From Gekko japonicus (Eukaryota), in the NCBI RefSeq assembly GCF_001447785.1, contig NW_015172035.1, positions 436,818 to 500,817 on the forward strand: a stretch of DNA of 64,000 bases, written 5' to 3'. A model generated the notes under the pieces. The model searched no databases and was not told where the DNA came from. It worked only from the letters and a program-made list of their open reading frames with translations. Shown piece after piece: positions 1-12,535 of this stretch (position 1 is its first letter; each line of letters begins with the position of its first letter). Made by a program: the position numbers and the translations under genes.

Positions 1-2287
1 TATATTTCAACTACTCTTTCATTTCTTTTGAATTTCATGATTAAGATCTCTATAAAAAATGATAACGGAACCACATACCGAACCATGTCCCCATACTAAT
101 CAGGAGGCTGGTTTGTGAACCAACCCAGTTTGTATTGGTTCATGAGCCATTCAAAGTTTAAACCTCTGCTTTCTGCTCCCCATGAAAAGCCATGAAAAGC
201 AGAAAGCAGAGGGCCATTTAAACCAAACAGCTGAGCAGCAGCCCCACTGTGGTTTTTCACAGGGAGCAGAAAGCAGGGATTTAAATGGCCCCCTGCTTTC
301 TGCTCCCAGCCATTTCATCCCCTGCTTTTTGTTCATGGCAATGGCAAGCAGAATGCAGGGAGTGAAATGGTTGGGAACTTTCTACTGCTTTTTGTGTGGA
401 GCAGAAAGCAGGGGTTTCATGGCAGATGGTATTAGCCCTGCATAGGATTGAGCTGTGCATGCATGCTTACAAAGAATAACGACGAGTAAAGATATCAGGT
501 AGCAGAAGTGGATCAATGTCTTTTTTTAGCAAAGAGAAAGAAGGATGGCCTGCAAACATTCATTCTGGATTTTGAAGGAAGGCTCAGCTTGTAATAGACT
601 TGCAGTTAGATTAAAGTAGAGATGCTCAAACACCCAATGGGTTCAGCTCAGTGTCTGTTTGCTGTTCACGAAGAGGGAGCTGTTTTGCAATTAGTTCAGC
701 AGTTCATGAACTGTCCAAACCTGTCCACTGCATTGCTTTTCACATACTCAAATAGTATAGCAGGATCCCATCCAATCTGTAGTGATTCTTGCATGAGGAT
801 TCTGATACAGCCCAATGGGAATCCAACTTTCCTTCTTCCCCACAGACCTGTTGTCACTTTATGCATCTTGGCAGGCAGCCAATCACATATAAAAATAATA
901 GGCAAATCAATCAATCAGCCAGCAATTATAAAGTCCCCCCCCCAAGTCTCACCATTTGGTGTTCATTTAAGTCTGTGTTGTCAGTTTTATTTCAGAGATG
1001 CACATTTTTGCACAGCCTTATGGGAGATGTAGTTCTCTGTTCATGTCTGTTAATTACCTGACTTGACCCTGGATAGAATCACCTCACTTTCTACACAGAT
1101 GCCTCACAAGGCAAGGAAATGAAACTCCACAACCACAAGGAACCACAAGGAAATGAAACTCCACTGCCACAGCTACTGTACATCTACAAAGCTATTTGAC
1201 ATCTGGAGGATGACAGATAGGTGAACATAGTATGTTTGCTATTGAACATGTTCGCTGTGAAGTTCATGGTGTCCCTAGATGAAAAGAGTGGAAGTTCCTA
1301 TTAAGGACAGGAATCTGAAGCAATGCAAGATAATGTCAGGCCATTGTCTAGTCTTGGAAGTAGGAAGGTTTTGGTTTTTTTAACACCTCAGAGAAACGAA
1401 TACATCTTAATCAGTTAAAAACAGATGTCTTCAACCAGATGGCTAAAAAAAAAGGTGGCATTAAAAAGAAGCATAAAGCTAATGAAGTACTGGCATAGAT
1501 ATATTTTTTTAAAAAATCCAGAGAGGGAAGAAGCACAGCTACCCAAACATTAATGAACCATACAAGGATTACAGATGTATATGTATCCCTATTTCTCATA
1601 TCCATTCATTGAATCCTTTATCACTGTACAAATCTCATTATTAGGGGACTGGGGCAAAACGAAGGCCTCACAGCAAAGACTTAAACCAAGAATCCTAGGT
1701 CTGTAGGTATCCAGGTACCCAGAATATTAATTTTCTAAAACATGTTGATTAAGGAAGTATGGAATTACCAAAACCAAAGACTGGGCCTGTAATTTTGTGT
1801 TTCTCTTGATAAAGGAAATGTGTAATACTGTGGAGGACTGGAAGAATCACTACTTCCCCTCCTCTCTTTTAGTAGTTGAGCGCCTCCCCCCCACGATCCA
1901 CAGTTTGTAAGCACTGATTAGCCTCTTCGGTGACATTCCTTGAGCCCAACACCATTGATAGAGTGACCCATAATTGAATGTGTCAACCTGAATTAAAGAA
2001 ATGGAGATCCAGGGTATCATATCTAAATTAATTTCGTGACTTCGCATTTAGCCTTTTCTGCACTACCAATTAGGAAAATGAAAGATAATGCTTTGGAAAA
2101 CTGAAAGGGACACACTCAAGGCTGAATGTCCTGTAAATTAAACAGACCTTGACAGTTGTTCCATTTCATTGCACTTCCCTGTGAGTAGGACTTTGCAAAA
2201 TGGCTCTCAGTTGAATGCAAACACTAACCATACTTATTGCATTTTCATGGGATGAAGGTGTCCTTACTGCATTGTCCCCCTGAATTC

Positions 2288-2541
2288 NNNNNNNNNNNNN
2301 NNNNNNNNNNNNNNNNNNNNNNNNNNNNNNNNNNNNNNNNNNNNNNNNNNNNNNNNNNNNNNNNNNNNNNNNNNNNNNNNNNNNNNNNNNNNNNNNNNNN
2401 NNNNNNNNNNNNNNNNNNNNNNNNNNNNNNNNNNNNNNNNNNNNNNNNNNNNNNNNNNNNNNNNNNNNNNNNNNNNNNNNNNNNNNNNNNNNNNNNNNNN
2501 NNNNNNNNNNNNNNNNNNNNNNNNNNNNNNNNNNNNNNNNN
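2288..2541. other. Assembly gap (N run)
   Basis: Run of N bases; ORFs crossing it are artefacts. Confidence 0.99.
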
Positions 2542-3306
2542 AACATATTTACTTTTAGAGTATTCACAAGAATCAACTTTCAACAGAGGACCTTCTATTT
2601 TTATGGGTATTATGTTCTATGTGAATGACTGATTTCAGTGCCTCTTAGGGTGGGTCTTTTTTGGAGGTGCAACAGCCTCCTCTGGAGATGGGTAACATGG
2701 AGACACAATAGATTGGAAAGAGACAAGGTTAGTTCATTCAGACATGCAGAGACACAACATGAAACCTCTTCTGTAAGGAAATACTTTGGGCTCATGTGAA
2801 TTTTTAATTAATTTATTTATTTCCTGTGGCACACTCGCGTTTCTTTCATGGCAAATGAGCATGCTATACATGCAGGTTTGGGAATTACCTCCTTAATAGA
2901 ATTCTCCCAACATGAAAGTATTTGGGAGCCAAAAGCAACCTTATCAAGGTCTTTTCAAACACAGATATGGTATGGGAGACATTATACTCTTTTTCCAACA
3001 ACACTACCAGAATTCACATAAACGACTGATTATGGGGGCTAAACTGCACATCATGGGATCTGATCTTAAATCCCCTATGTTTTATACTGTTTGGCTCCTA
3101 GTGTGTCCTTTGCATTACTGCTCCTGCACCTCTGCAGCCCGATGCCTGAAAGTAAGCCAACCTCCCTGACCCTGCAAACACATGGAGCCAGGAGCAGTTT
3201 ACTGAAGAGAAACCTTGCTCTGCAAAGGGAACCAGGACATTCCTTCACAAATGCCATAAGAAGCTCTCTTCTCCATCATGCAGGCACCTTCCCCCCATTT
3301 GCATAT

Positions 3307-4440
3307 TGACATATCCAGGTGAAGCACGTAGGCAACTTCAACCTCAACAAAAGAATTCCTTTCATGATAGGATTAGTGAGCAGTCACTCTTCCAGCTAAC
3401 ACAGGTGTTTACCACCTGATTTAACAGAAACTACCAGCAATGGAGTTGGGACATTACTTTTGTTTTCTATCTCTTGTCTCTCCCCTTCCACCATAAGAGG
3501 AGTCACTATTAGTCTAAAACTATTTCAATTGCCTAACAATTAATCCCTTTTCCCTGGCCCATTAACAGTAGTTATAGTTCATGGGGACTACGTGACTAAA
3601 GGAGCATCAGCTCCCGGTCATTTTAGGGTATAAAAAGAGAGCATCATCTTATTGTTCTCTCATTTCTATCCTCCTAACCCCACCCTATCTTGCTGGTTCC
3701 ATTCCTTGCACAGTTTGGAGCCTTCCCACATGTGTTGCTGGCAACTCACAATTTCCCTCCTCTAATTATTTCCTTTTTCGCTGCAGATTCAACTTGCCAT
3801 GTCGGACAGGTAAAGTATTGCCTACCAAAGATATTTCCTGCTAATGTAAACGTCTCTGTACCTTTCTATCTCATTTCCTAGATCTGTATTATGTGTGTAT
3901 GTTTGATTTTATATTGTGTGTTTGAGAATCCTTTCAGTAAAAGAAATCACTGCTTTTTAAGATCTAGTCTCAGTGTCTATTTCTGGGATCTGGCTAAGTT
4001 GGACTTCCATAAACATAGGTTATTGATCCCATAAAACGTAAAGGTAAAGGTTCCCTTGCTCGAAAGCCAGTCGAATCTGACTCTAGGGTCATCTCCATTT
4101 CAAAGCCCAAGAGCCAGCACTGTCCAAAGACGTTTTCGTAGTCATGTGGCCGGCATGACTAAACACCAAGGCACACGGAATGCTGTTACCTTCCCAACGA
4201 AGTGGTACCTATTTATCTACTTGCAATTTCTTGCTTTCAAACTGCTAGGTTGGCAGGAGCTGGAACTAGAGACGGGAGCTCATTCCGTCATGCGGCACCC
4301 GGGTCTCGAACTGCTGAACTACCGACCTTCCACAGCTTGCAGTTCTGCGTCTTAACCACTTGAGCCACCGCAGCTCCTCTATTGATCCCATAGTTAATGC
4401 CTATTGCCAATTAATATTCATAATTCCCCATTTTTATTAA
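3307..4440 (+). mobile_element. ERV-like solo LTR (approximate ends), interrupted by a Sauria SINE
   Basis: TATA (ggtataaaaag ~3627), splice-donor-like caggtaaagt ~3808, AGTAAA ~3936; same layout as the LTR at 39862-40651. Termini and TSD not resolved. Confidence 0.5.
4034..4379 (-). mobile_element. Sauria (Squam1) SINE, full length
   Basis: On minus: tRNA-like head (ggtggctcaagtggttaag...gttcgagacc), Sauria body (agtagataaataggtaccac), (acctttt)-type tail; 13 bp TSD tattgatcccata at 4021-4033 and 4380-4392. Confidence 0.9.
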
Positions 4441-4446
4441 GATATA

Positions 4447-4748
4447 GAAGAAGAAGAAGAAAAGAAGAAGAAGAGATTGGATTTATACCCCGCCCTTCAC
4501 TACCCAAAGGTGTCTCAGAGCGGCTTACAAACTCCTTTCCCTTCCCCTCCCCACAACAGACACCCTGTGAGGTAGGTGGGGCTGAGAGAGCGCTTGACAG
4601 AAACTGCTCTTTTTCAAGAACAGCTCTTATCAGAGCAACGGCTTGCCCAAGGTCATCCAGCCAGGCGCAAGTGGAGGAGGGGGGAATCAGACCCGGTTCT
4701 CCCAGATTAGAGTCCGCACACTTAACCAGTACACCAAACTGGCTCTCT
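4447..4748 (-). mobile_element. Squam3 (tRNA/CORE) SINE
   Basis: On minus: gagccagtttggtgta-type head, CORE-like ctcagccccacctacctcacagggtgtctgttgtgggg, (ctt)n tail. Confidence 0.88.
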
Positions 4749-5847
4749 GCCAGGAAATTTGGCTAACAGAAATAAAAACAGCAAGCCGGTACAATATGTG
4801 AGGTTTTAGATGTGAGCTTCCAAGGATAAACATAAGTCTGGAACACTGTGGTGGGAAGCATAGCTTATGAGATGACATTTGGAATTGAGAGAACATTTAT
4901 AAGGGCTGCCATGCCCTCTTCTTCCCCCTTTAATCCTGCAAATGAAAATTATCCTCCCCACCTCAGCTGCCTTTCAATTTAAACAGTTTGAGGCTATGTT
5001 ACATTTATTTGTGTGTAATGTGTATTTGCGTTCTAAGTATCTTATTAACAAATCCATTTCATTAATATACTTCTTTGGCTCTGGTATGGCAACATTGTTT
5101 CTTTCTTTCTAAACAATTTTCTTCCTTCCACAAGATGTGAAGATAAATTTGAAAGTTGCAGCTTTGTTTTTTTGCCACGTCAAGTATTTATGAGGACAAT
5201 AACTCTGCTGAAGGATCATATTTTTTTATCAAGGCCCTGATTATTATTATTTTTGTCTCACCAATTACTTTCCTGGTGATGGAAACCTGGGAAGCAAAAC
5301 AGCAGTTCCGTTCAAGAAGGGGTTGAGTCTTTGTTAGCCACCTGGAAAGGATTTTTGTAAATAATTTAGGGAGTGGGGATGGTAACATCACCAATGTTCT
5401 ACAGACACTTCATGTAAGCCAGAAAATATTATCCTCCCATTTGTTTTAATCATGCTGCTTGGTCTCCTTTGCAGTTAAAAAGTGCTTAGGGAAATGTACA
5501 AACCTTAACCACCAGAATAATTTAAAAACAAAGTAAATTCATTCAATTAAATATCAAACCAACCAAGGCCATGTCTACACAGGTTATTTGCCCTGGATTC
5601 AGTGCTGTTGGGGAATCCAACAGCCATATTCTCTCCTGCCACTGGGGGGGCCCTTTTCTTTTTTTAAAAAAATATAGGCCCTAGAATACCATTATATCAA
5701 TACACCATTATATTGTTACAATATATATCAGTATAACAATATTCAAGTGCAGGTTTTTTTGTTTTAAAAAATAATAATACAAAAGCTCTGGTGGCCATGG
5801 AGGGGAGGGGGGCACTGTTTGGGGACTGGGGCAGGGAAACCTGTGAT

Positions 5848-6188
5848 CAGGGGTCATTTCGTAGAAAAAGAGCTAGGGGAACTCATTAGCATAACTCATT
5901 AGCATATGCCACACCCCCTGACATCAGGGGCCCGGCGGTGGACCTGCAAGGCCAGCAGGAGTGCGAGGAAGCCCCGCCAAGGCCCTCCCTGGCCCCAGGC
6001 AGGCAGGGGTGGGGAGAGGCGGGGAGGAAGCAACTTACCCTCCCTCTTCTCCTGCCTCCTCCTGGCTGAATGAGGGCTGGAAGCGGGGCAGCCGGAAGCA
6101 GGGGGAGGGGCTTCGTCATGTGCCCCGCCCCCTGCACCTCACCCAGGGGAACTGCGTTCCCCCACGTTCCCCCCCAAAATTACCTCTG
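5848..6188. mobile_element. Non-autonomous hAT MITE
   Basis: Imperfect TIRs caggggtcattt / aaattacctctg; exact 8 bp TSD cctgtgat at 5840-5847 and 6189-6196. Confidence 0.85.
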
Positions 6189-6426
6189 CCTGTGATGCAG
6201 TCGCCAAGTTGCCACTGTACTTTTTTTGCAACTGCACTAGCAACAGAGAAACCACACAAGCCCCTCCCCATGTGGAAACTTCCCAATTCAAAAAGCAGCA
6301 TAAATCCCAGCCTGCAGCAGTAGCTAACCCAAACCAGCAAAAGCTTAAGAGAACAGAACAGTTTCACTTAGCAGTGAAATCCATATGGGGGGAACTGTCT
6401 TGAGCTCTCTAGGAAGAGGACTGCAA

Positions 6427-6494
6427 AGAAGAAGAGTTTATTTTCATATCCCACCTTTCTCTACCCTAGAGAGTCTGAAAGTGGCTTATAATCG
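6427..6494 (-). mobile_element. Squam3 SINE, 3' part (split by the copia element)
   Basis: (gaa)n tail and Squam3 3' sequence; continues at 11491. Confidence 0.75.
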
Positions 6495-6866
6495 TGTTGG
6501 GTATTTAGCAGAGTGATTAAAGCACACTGGAATTATGCATCACAGACATGTGTGTTTACCTTCCGAGAAAAAGTTTACTATAAAAATTAGGGAAAGGGTT
6601 ACCCAAAGAACAAAGAACTGAAAGTTTCCCTCAAGGGCTCCACACCTTGAGTACGTGCAGAAAGACACAAACAATCTCCAATGTATTGATTAGCCAATAG
6701 TCAATCTTAAAGTCACCTCAGTAAGAACAAAACCTCCCCTTCTTTGGTGGGAAGATTCTACTCAACAACACCTAATTGGCTCTGTGCTAACTTGCTATCA
6801 TTAGCTTACAGAAATTTCAGCTTAACCCCTTTACGACTGAAGGGATGACACTTGCAAAGTCCAACA
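6495..6866 (-). repeat. Copia 3' LTR
   Basis: tgttg...ccaaca, aligns with 10599-10709 plus 11225-11490. Confidence 0.9.
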
Positions 6867-6879
6867 CCTCTTCTCAAGT

Positions 6880-9800
6880 GTCATATACTGAAATTGTGAA
6901 GGTCCAGTCTCTTGTGCAGGTACTCGAACTTCCCTCTAGCAAGTAGCTTGGTGTGTATGTCAGGAACCATCTCCTCTGAAGGACAATGTTTGAGATCAAT
7001 CAGCCTTCTTGCTGCATCTCTCTCACAGAATTATATTTGACAGCAATATGCTTGTTTCTTGTTTTTATGCTTTCACTCTTGGATAGAGCTATGCATGCCT
7101 GATTGTCTTCAAATAAGGTTATTAGCTTAGGCCCATCTACACTAAAGTCTTTCAGTAGATAGTTAATCCACTCAAGTTCACTGCATGTATTTGAAGCAGA
7201 TACATATTCAGCCTCAGTAGCTGATTTGGCAACTAATGTTTGCTTTTGTTTAGTCCAACTGATCAGGCTCTCTCCACAGAAAAAACAGGTAGTCGCTCAT
7301 TGACCTATAGTCAGTTTTGTTTTCACCCCAGTCAGGCTTCATGTATCCAACTAGTCTTGTAAACAGAAAATGTTCTGCCTTTCCTTGTTAGACTTTTGAT
7401 TTTATAGCAGCATAGATAATTTTTCATTCCGCTCTGGCCATTTGTTCAAGTCCAGAAATGCTCTTTTAAAGTTTGCACACAAGATTCTCTTTACCTTTCT
7501 CTTAAAAATCATCTGGTTGTTCCATGTAGATCTCTTCAGACAAGACTCCATTGAAGAATGCCATTTAATGTCTAGGTGTTCAATGTGCATGCCTCTTGAT
7601 GCTGCTATACTTAGAAGAGTCCTGATGGAGGTGTACTTGACAACAGGTGCAAAAAGTTTCAGAAAAGTCAGTCCCGGATCTTTGTGTAAATCCTTTTGCC
7701 ACCAAATGTGCTTTTTCCCCCTCTCTCCACACTTCCATCAGTATTGTGCTTCACTTTGAATACCTATTTGTATCCAATTGCTTTTCTTCCAGGGGGTAAT
7801 TCAGTAAGTGTCTGTTTGATTCCTTTGCAAGGATTCAAAGTCTTCATCTGCTGCCTCTACCCATCTGTGTATTCCATGTGCAGGCAATTCAATCATTTAT
7901 TTCCAGCTTGAGGATTCATTCATAGGTTGCATATTTGCACAAAAAGAAAACCTCTGTGGTGGTACCCCTTTATTACTTCTTTGTGACTGTCTCACAGTAG
8001 TCTCTGCCTTCTTTGGCCCAGCTTCCCTTGCCTCCCTAAGAGGTTGATGAGCTTGTTATGGTCTAAGTTGTCTATACTGTCACATTATTGTATTCTTTTT
8101 CCCTCCTGAGTACTCTTGCCTCCCCTTCTGATTGTGGGGTCTCTTTTTGACCTTCCTGTTGATTGGCAGTCCTGGCATGTAGCCATTTGACCACATCAAT
8201 GAAAGAGACTTCTTCAGTTTCCTGGCTGGTTTGCACTGTGGACGCTATTTGTTAGAAGCTTGGAATACATTGCTCTCATCAATATGCACCACATTGCATA
8301 CTTTAACCAAAAGCATCTTAGGATTCATAACTCTATATCCTTTTCCACCTTGATCATATCCAACAAGGATTCCCACTTCAGCTCTGGGGTCCAACTTTCC
8401 CCTTCTTTCCTTGGGTATATGGGCATATGCTTTAGAGCCAAATACCTTAAAATGCTTTAAGCCTGGTTTCCTTTCAAATCACAGTTCAAATGGTGTTTGC
8501 CCTGTAACTTAAGAAGGAATTCTGTTGTGCAGGTAAACTGCTGTATTTATTGCTTCTGCTCAGCAAGGGTCAGGCAGACCAGCTTGTAAGAGTAGGCAAC
8601 ACACCATCTCTTGGAGGCTTCTATTAAGGTGCTCAGCTGAGCTATTTTGCTGAGGAGAATAAGCCACACTTGCATTATGTTCTATTCCCTCCTCCTCCAG
8701 GAATCTTTGGAACTCACTGCTAGAATATTCCTTCCCCCATTGTCTGTAAACAGGACCTCTGGACCTTTATTGAACTTATTTTTCACAGCAACATAATTCT
8801 TGAATTTCTCTAGCACCTTATCTTATCAGATAGACATAAATAAAATGAGTTCCAGCATCCACGAAAGTCAAAATGCATTTATTCCCACCAACTGAAGGAT
8901 GAAATCTGAGTAGACTTTATGTAACAGCTTCTCATTGTGCACAGCCTGTTACCCTTTATAACTCAGAGCAGTCCCCTTAGCCTTCAAGCATATTTCACAA
9001 CAAACTTGCATTTGATCACATTCAGTTATTTCAGTATCACACTCCTGCAACAGCTTCTGCACAGACTAAAGATTTCTGTGTCCCAGTCTCTTGTGCCATG
9101 CTAGGATGCAGTTAGAATGGGAGCATTTATTTGCCCTTGCATGATATACTGATTTATCAACATGCTTCAAGTAGTAACTCAGGATGAAAAATGATACACA
9201 CATCCTCTTTGATCAAAAACTGATTTTCCTTCCTCACAATCCTTTCAACAGACAACAAATTTTGATTAGCTTGTGGAGCAAAACACAGTCCTTTAAAATA
9301 ATTTAAATAATCTCTCCAGTAGCATTGAAGACTCTCAGTTTAACTGTCACAGTTCCTTCTACAGGCAATGGACTTCCATCTGCTTGAATCAAATCCTGCC
9401 CACTCTCTTAATTCAATTCCGCAAAGCAACTTTTATCATGGCAAAGGTGAAAGAAAGATCCAAAATCTAAATGCCAAAAATGCTTCACATTTGAGTCTTT
9501 ATCAGAAACAACATATATAAACTGCTGGGCACTGGTTCTTTCTTGTTTACATTTGGCTCTCTCTTTGCTTGGAACTACATTGTGTGTGAGAAGCATGTGC
9601 ATTCCTTTCCCCCTTGCTGCTCCATGCTTTCTTTATTTTACAAAATTTTGAATGTGCCCCTTCTGCTGGCAATTATAGCACACAACACTGACATTTCCAT
9701 GCTTCAGTCTTAAAACAGACATAGCTCCTGTTGCCTCTGTAACTGATCTCTTTGTACCCTCATCTCAGAGGTAACTCATAGTATAGTCAATATCTATTTG

Positions 9801-10330
9801 ATCGCTTGACTCCAAGACTGCAATCTGAATAGGAGTTTGGGAAACAGTTCAGAATTGTAGCATTGATTTCTCCTAGCATGAGCTCCACTCCTGCAGCCTG
9901 GAGTTTCGTTACTTGCTCTATTATGGTATCTGAATGTGCAGAAACTTCCCGTCCCTCAAGCAGCTTAAAATTATACAGTTTCCATCTTAAAAATTGCACA
10001 TACTTGTCCAATTTTCTTGAGTATTTCCCCGCCGGTTTAAACCAAAGCTCTTTAGCAGAATTACAGCTAGCCACAAGAGTCTTTATCAGTTATGGAGGTT
10101 AGTATTACAAAGCGTGCTTTTACATCAGCTTCTCGGAATTTATCCCTTTTTCTTGGATCCAGAGGGGGATCATGTTTAATAGCATGCAATGCTCTCTGAT
10201 GCTCCAGTGCACACAGAACTCTTGATTTCCACATTAGGTAGTTCTGGTCACTTAACTTTGGAATGTAGAGGGAGGGGGTATTTTCACTTACAGCTTGATC
10301 AGCTGTGTTGCTTTCATGATCAGTAGACAT
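6880..10330 (-). pseudogene. Copia gag-pol remnant (frameshifted, RT core deleted)
   Basis: Gag N-terminus PKLSDQNYLMWKSR (ORF 10067-10378), zinc knuckle CYNCQQKGH ~9650-9690, protease-like WHLDFGSFFHLCHD (ORF 9408-9602), RT IEHLDIK; only a short stretch separates ..NEKL from the RNase H start near 7350, so the YVDD region appears deleted. Confidence 0.85.
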
Positions 10331-10441
10331 CTCTCTGGCAGGCACGCAGTTTAAATTCTCCTTTCTCTGCTGACGCACTCATTTCCTTCTCCTTGACATA
10401 AGTCAAACAAAAGAAATATCTTCCTGCTATCTCACTTCAGA

Positions 10442-10490
10442 NNNNNNNNNNNNNNNNNNNNNNNNNNNNNNNNNNNNNNNNNNNNNNNNN
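10442..10490. other. Assembly gap (N run)
   Basis: Run of N bases in the copia leader. Confidence 0.99.
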
Positions 10491-10598
10491 AAGGCATCCA
10501 AGAAAAACAAAAGGTTGATTCCTCTCAAAAACAGTCTGCTTGCTGTTGCTTGCAAGCTAAAACACACATGACTGTATTCTGGTACTCATAACCTTACA

Positions 10599-11490
10599 TG
10601 TTGAATATTTGGCAGAGTGAATAAAGCACTGTGGAATAATGCATCACAGTCACGTGTGTGTTGAGCTTCTAAGAAAAAGTTTACTATAAAAAATTAGGCA
10701 AAGGGTTACATTGGAAAGAAAAAAACCAACAGCCTAACAAAGGCCCCAGTCACACGAGCGGGAAAAGCCGTGGCAGAAGTGTGGCTTTTTAGAGCCGGAA
10801 CAAACAGAAGCATGGCAGTGGGATCAGACAGGTCCCCCGAGGCTCTACGCTTCTGCCGGCAGCCACGATCACATGCTGCAGGGAAAGTGACTCTAAGAAG
10901 GGCGAGGAGGGCCAGCCACAGCAGTTGTGCACATGCACAGTTTGCCATTACTACTACAGGATAACCGTGCGGCGGCGATCCCACGGCCACTGTTGCTGCA
11001 TGTCATCTCTTTCACTACTCTCTTTTCGATCCGCATCTTTAGCTGGAAGGGACGGGTTGGTGGTGGGGGTGCAACGCTTGCCAGATGTTGGCATCTGATC
11101 ACACCAGTTTAATCCGCCCTCAACCTTTCTGTTTTGCGGGGCTTATCCTCCCGTGTGACCAGAGCCTAACTCATCTTTCTGGTTCTAATCTCAATTTTTG
11201 TTTTCTCTGTTTCTCACACATACTTACCCTAAGAACAAAAAAGTGGAAGTTTCCCCCAAAAGGCTCCACCCCCTGTCTCTGAGTGCATGCAGAATGGCAC
11301 AAATTATCCCCAATATATTGATCAGCCAATAGTCAATCTTAAAGTCACCTCATTAAGAATAAAACCTCTCCTTCTTTGCCAGGAAGATTCTACTTGACAC
11401 CTAATTGGATCTATGCTAACTTGCTATCATTAATTTACAGAAACTTCAGTTTAACTCTTTCATGACTGAAAGGATGACACTTGTAAAACA
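10599..11490 (-). repeat. Copia 5' LTR with ~515 bp insertion (10710-11224)
   Basis: Matches the 3' LTR on both sides of the insert; adjacent to the PBS. Confidence 0.88.
10742..11166. mobile_element. PIF/Harbinger-like MITE
   Basis: ~28 bp imperfect TIRs ggccccagtcacacgagcgggaaaagcc / ggcttatcctcccgtgtgaccagagcc; taa at right flank. Confidence 0.65.
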
Positions 11491-11670
11491 TATTGCCTTC
11501 CTTCCTCTCCCCACAACAGGCATTTTGTGAAGTAGGTGGGGCAGAGAAAGTTCTGAGAGAACTTTGACTGGCCCAAGGTCACCCAGCAGACTTCTTGGAG
11601 AAGAGTGGGGCATCAAACCTGGTTCTCCAGAATAGAATCCACTGCTCTTAACCACTATACCACATGCTGG
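11491..11670 (-). mobile_element. Squam3 SINE, 5' part
   Basis: Continues the SINE begun at 6427; CORE segment and tRNA-like head. Confidence 0.8.
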
Positions 11671-12474
11671 TACCGCAAGCAAGGAAGACCTGCTGTATGG
11701 TCTCTGTGTTCCAGACTAGAGAAAAATCAAATAAATAACTATTGGAGGATACACTCCTTGTGTTATGCAGAACTAAAGCTGTTAAGGGGTTGAAAGATCA
11801 AAACAAACATCTTTCACTCAGTAGTGATTACTTGAAATTTCTCATATCTACAGTTTCAACCATACAGTTCCTGTCTCAATTTTGCCTCTTCCTTGTACAA
11901 ACCAAACTTGTGTTACTTTACCTTTCTACCACTTTCTTTTCTCTCTGTCTTTCTGAATCTTTCTGGTAAGATGTACATTATTTGCCAGTGTTAGTTGTGC
12001 ACTAATAAAGCAGAGCTACACATATGCATGACACCCAATGAGTGCAGAGATACCATCTAAAAATGCACACAGTGCATACACAGTACAATTAAAGCTACAG
12101 GACCAACAGTGAAAAGTATAAAAATGAAATAGTTGACAGAAACATAATTGTGTGTAAAATATATGTAAAATAGGAAACATTTATTCATTCATAGAGTGAA
12201 GCGATTGGTGCAAATGGAGAGGAGTAGAGTGATCAGCTGTCCCCGTTAACCAACAGATGGGCCACCACATTCTGCAGCAGCTGCAGTTTATGGAACTGTT
12301 TGGCTAATATCAGTACAATAAGATAAACAAGACTGGTTTTGCTTTTCTACGAATAAGAAGCTCTTTCAGTCCAGTAACCTGAAGAGTGGGCCAGGGAATG
12401 AAGGTCAGTTAAAGCAGATGTTATGTCACATTTGACAAAATGGGCTCTGGTTCGTGAAAGCTCATGTCACAATA

Positions 12475-12535
12475 CATAGAATCATAGGGTTGGAAGGGGT
12501 CACGGGACCACACAGGCCATCTAGTCCAACCCCCT
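12475..12535 (-). mobile_element. CR1 LINE 3' terminus fragment
   Basis: catagaatcatag tail plus ccatctagtccaacccc, the CR1 3' stem-loop and (attctatg) repeat on minus. Confidence 0.7.

Larger units (their letters stand above)
6495..11490 (-). mobile_element. Degenerate Ty1/copia LTR retrotransposon
   Basis: Related TG..CA LTRs at 6495-6866 and 10599-11490; PPT gagaagagg next to 6867; copia-type PBS ggttatgagtaccag at 10579-10593; gag-PR-IN-RT-RH order on minus; degenerate 5 bp TSD aatcg/tattg. Confidence 0.92.

Noticed and set aside
1-1280. Old MITE-like fragments (gaac/gttc-rich; tagagatg..gtcccta)
   Set aside because: Too decayed to define TIRs or TSDs with confidence.
2166-2632. ORFs with long X runs
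   Set aside because: They read through the N gap.
3091-3309. 72 aa ORF with signal-peptide-like start
   Set aside because: Starts at TTG, no recognisable family or splice structure, next to an LTR.
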